DNA of 64,000 nt. Source: Candidatus Bathyarchaeota archaeon. GTDB lineage: Archaea; Thermoproteota; Bathyarchaeia; Bathyarchaeales; Bathycorpusculaceae. Made by a program: the position numbers and the translations under genes. Positions 62,563 to 64,000 of the stretch are shown here, one piece after another. Position 1 is the first letter of the stretch; each line of letters opens with the position of its first letter. The DNA is taken from the NCBI GenBank assembly GCA_963717465.1, contig OY970340.1, forward strand, positions 1,920,001-1,984,000, in the 5' to 3' direction. Under the pieces are notes generated by a model. That model had not been told where the DNA came from. It was given only the letters and a program-made list of their open reading frames with translations, and ran no database searches.

Positions 62563-63462
62563 TTAGCTTGTGTTCATTCCAGTGATTGCACAGATGCAGT
62601 AGCCATTCGCAATGTAAGGAGTCTTGCGGTAACTCGTGAATGGTATAATCTTTCTAAGTCGCTTCTGGATGTCAATGTCGGTTGTGATCTCTTGCTTTGT
62701 CACCATGAAGCCCATCGGTGCATAGTTATTGTTGGGGTTTTGGCCATCGCTAATACAATATACTGTTCCTGGCGGGATTAAGTTGCTAACTAGCAGCGTC
62801 CAAATGCCAACTTTCTGCTCAACCTCATTCGTCAACGGATTCGTTACTTCACGGAAAATGTTTGGAAACGGCAAATTCCGCAAGGACTCTTCTTGGATTG
62901 GGTTGCAAGCGATGTATTTCATTATGAAGTTTTTCTGCTTTATTAGCCGGTTTGCATGGTTCAAATCTTCTAGTCCACAACCGCCGCTAACAGTGATTAA
63001 TGTGCCCGTAGCGCTTATAGTGTTGCCAGTAGCCGCGAAAGAGGTGCCGTTCAGTGTTGCAGCTGCTTGAATTGCTGTTAAGCAATCTAGCTCTATTTGG
63101 TACATGGTACGGAAGGCAAGACGCATCATTTGAGTATCGACAATCCCTAATTCATAGTCCGTGATCATTTCAATGGGAATTTCTACTTCTTCACCGTAAG
63201 TGTCAGGGGTTATTGACACGCTAGTTAAGGGTGTGAAATCCATTGCTGCGGGCGCTGCGATACCTTTTCTGAAGATTCCGACTGCAACGTTTCCGTTCTC
63301 TTTGACGTAGGTTCTTGTTCTGCCCTTAATAATTGGGTCTGGAACGAATAGCTTAGCCAGTATCATTGCGTTTGTTGCCATTTGCAGGATTTTTTGATGT
63401 AGTTCTGGGTATTGAATTGCTGCACTGTCATCCATCGTTACTTGGTCTGGAGTAAAACTCAT
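62563..63462 (-). CDS. Major capsid protein, HK97-like fold
   Basis: 299 aa; IQYPELHQKIL, SVSITPDTYGEEVEIPIEMITD, IACNP, LLVSNLIPPGTVY pattern. Confidence 0.8.
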   Translation of the reverse strand: MSFTPDQVTMDDSAAIQYPELHQKILQMATNAMILAKLFVPDPIIKGRTRTYVKENGNVAVGIFRKGIAAPAAMDFTPLTSVSITPDTYGEEVEIPIEMITDYELGIVDTQMMRLAFRTMYQIELDCLTAIQAAATLNGTSFAATGNTISATGTLITVSGGCGLEDLNHANRLIKQKNFIMKYIACNPIQEESLRNLPFPNIFREVTNPLTNEVEQKVGIWTLLVSNLIPPGTVYCISDGQNPNNNYAPMGFMVTKQEITTDIDIQKRLRKIIPFTSYRKTPYIANGYCICAITGMNTS

Positions 63463-63547
63463 TGTCTATTTTTCTCTCCTTTTTTATTTTATTTTTTAAA
63501 ATTTTTTGTTTTGATTGTTCCAAACTTAAAAGATTGGAAAATTCAAT

Positions 63548-63997
63548 TTAGAGCAAGATGGCAATTCCTTGATTGCCATTAGTCGCGCCAGTATCACAGA
63601 TCGCTTTTCTGTAACTGTGGTTTTGAACTGAAGTTGCAATACCAGCTGCGGTTCCTTCATCACCAGATGCAGCTGCTGCTAACGTTTGCAAGGTTCCACC
63701 AGGGCCTGAAACAAGCTCGTCGCCTGCATTTGTGGTACCATACGAAGTATAGCGTATTTTTGCTTTGCCGCATGTCACTGTTGCCTTGTTGTTGCCAGCG
63801 AGTGAAGATTTGATGCCTACGGATTTTACCACGCCTAAGAAATCCGCGATTCCGCTAGTTGGCTGGATTTGACCGTTTGAGCCCGGTATAATCTGCACTA
63901 TCTGGCCTACTGTAACGGTTGTTCCGCTTGGAATAATAAACGATAGGTCAGTACTGCATGGCTGCTCAACGATTGGTCCTGAATTTTCAAAACTCAT
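63548..63997 (-). CDS. Putative capsid decoration/cement protein (DUF2190-like)
   Basis: Gly-rich beta protein (VTVGQIV…FLGV…AGDELVSG) immediately upstream of the MCP. Confidence 0.6.
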   Translation of the reverse strand: MSFENSGPIVEQPCSTDLSFIIPSGTTVTVGQIVQIIPGSNGQIQPTSGIADFLGVVKSVGIKSSLAGNNKATVTCGKAKIRYTSYGTTNAGDELVSGPGGTLQTLAAAASGDEGTAAGIATSVQNHSYRKAICDTGATNGNQGIAILL

Positions 63998-64000
63998 TAA

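Larger units (their letters stand above)
51767..64000 (-). mobile_element. Provirus or virus-derived element: head-tail morphogenesis module, continuing beyond the right edge
   Basis: Co-oriented, tightly packed genes: decoration-like, HK97-type MCP, adaptor-, terminator-, tube-, fibre- and hub-like ORFs; left boundary approximate. Confidence 0.82.

Noticed and set aside
4006..63070. Many short ORFs antisense to or overlapping identified genes (for example 4534, 6678, 18474, 39490, 61980, 62729)
   Set aside because: Shadow frames of well-supported genes, with no motifs.
51767..64000. Diversity-generating retroelement in the provirus
   Set aside because: No reverse transcriptase and no TR/VR pair differing only at adenines in this window.

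Overview
Archaeal chromosome segment, most consistent with Bathyarchaeia or a related TACK lineage. This is an inference from the archaeal EF-1alpha, a short helicase-less XPF, an intron-containing tRNA-Pro(CGG) and an MttB-family gene. The left ~51 kb is a patchwork of accessory metabolism and stress genes: a CocE hydrolase, a FAD/Fe-S oxidoreductase + CoA-acylating aldehyde dehydrogenase operon, lsrF-like aldolase + Zn-ADH, a BCP/AhpF-like redox cluster, PadR-ABC exporter, vapBC, fluoride riboswitch-crcB-DUF190, a stand-alone nurA-herA-like pair, a non-pyrrolysine mttB-like gene, and NRAMP/DtxR with visible operators. From ~51.8 kb to the right edge lies the morphogenesis module of a head-tail (HK97-type capsid) provirus. 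It has no evident tape-measure gene and carries a membrane-anchored surface glycoprotein. The most unusual unexplained signal is a recurring 17-bp palindrome, GGATTAAA(W)TTTAATCC (7 copies, 17.6-36.7 kb). Most copies sit at a local switch from C-poor to G-poor low-complexity DNA, they bracket accessory genes, and they are associated with decayed copies of one unknown ORF family. Many single-base frameshifts in the first 28 kb may be assembly errors. All calls are by eye; no searches were run.
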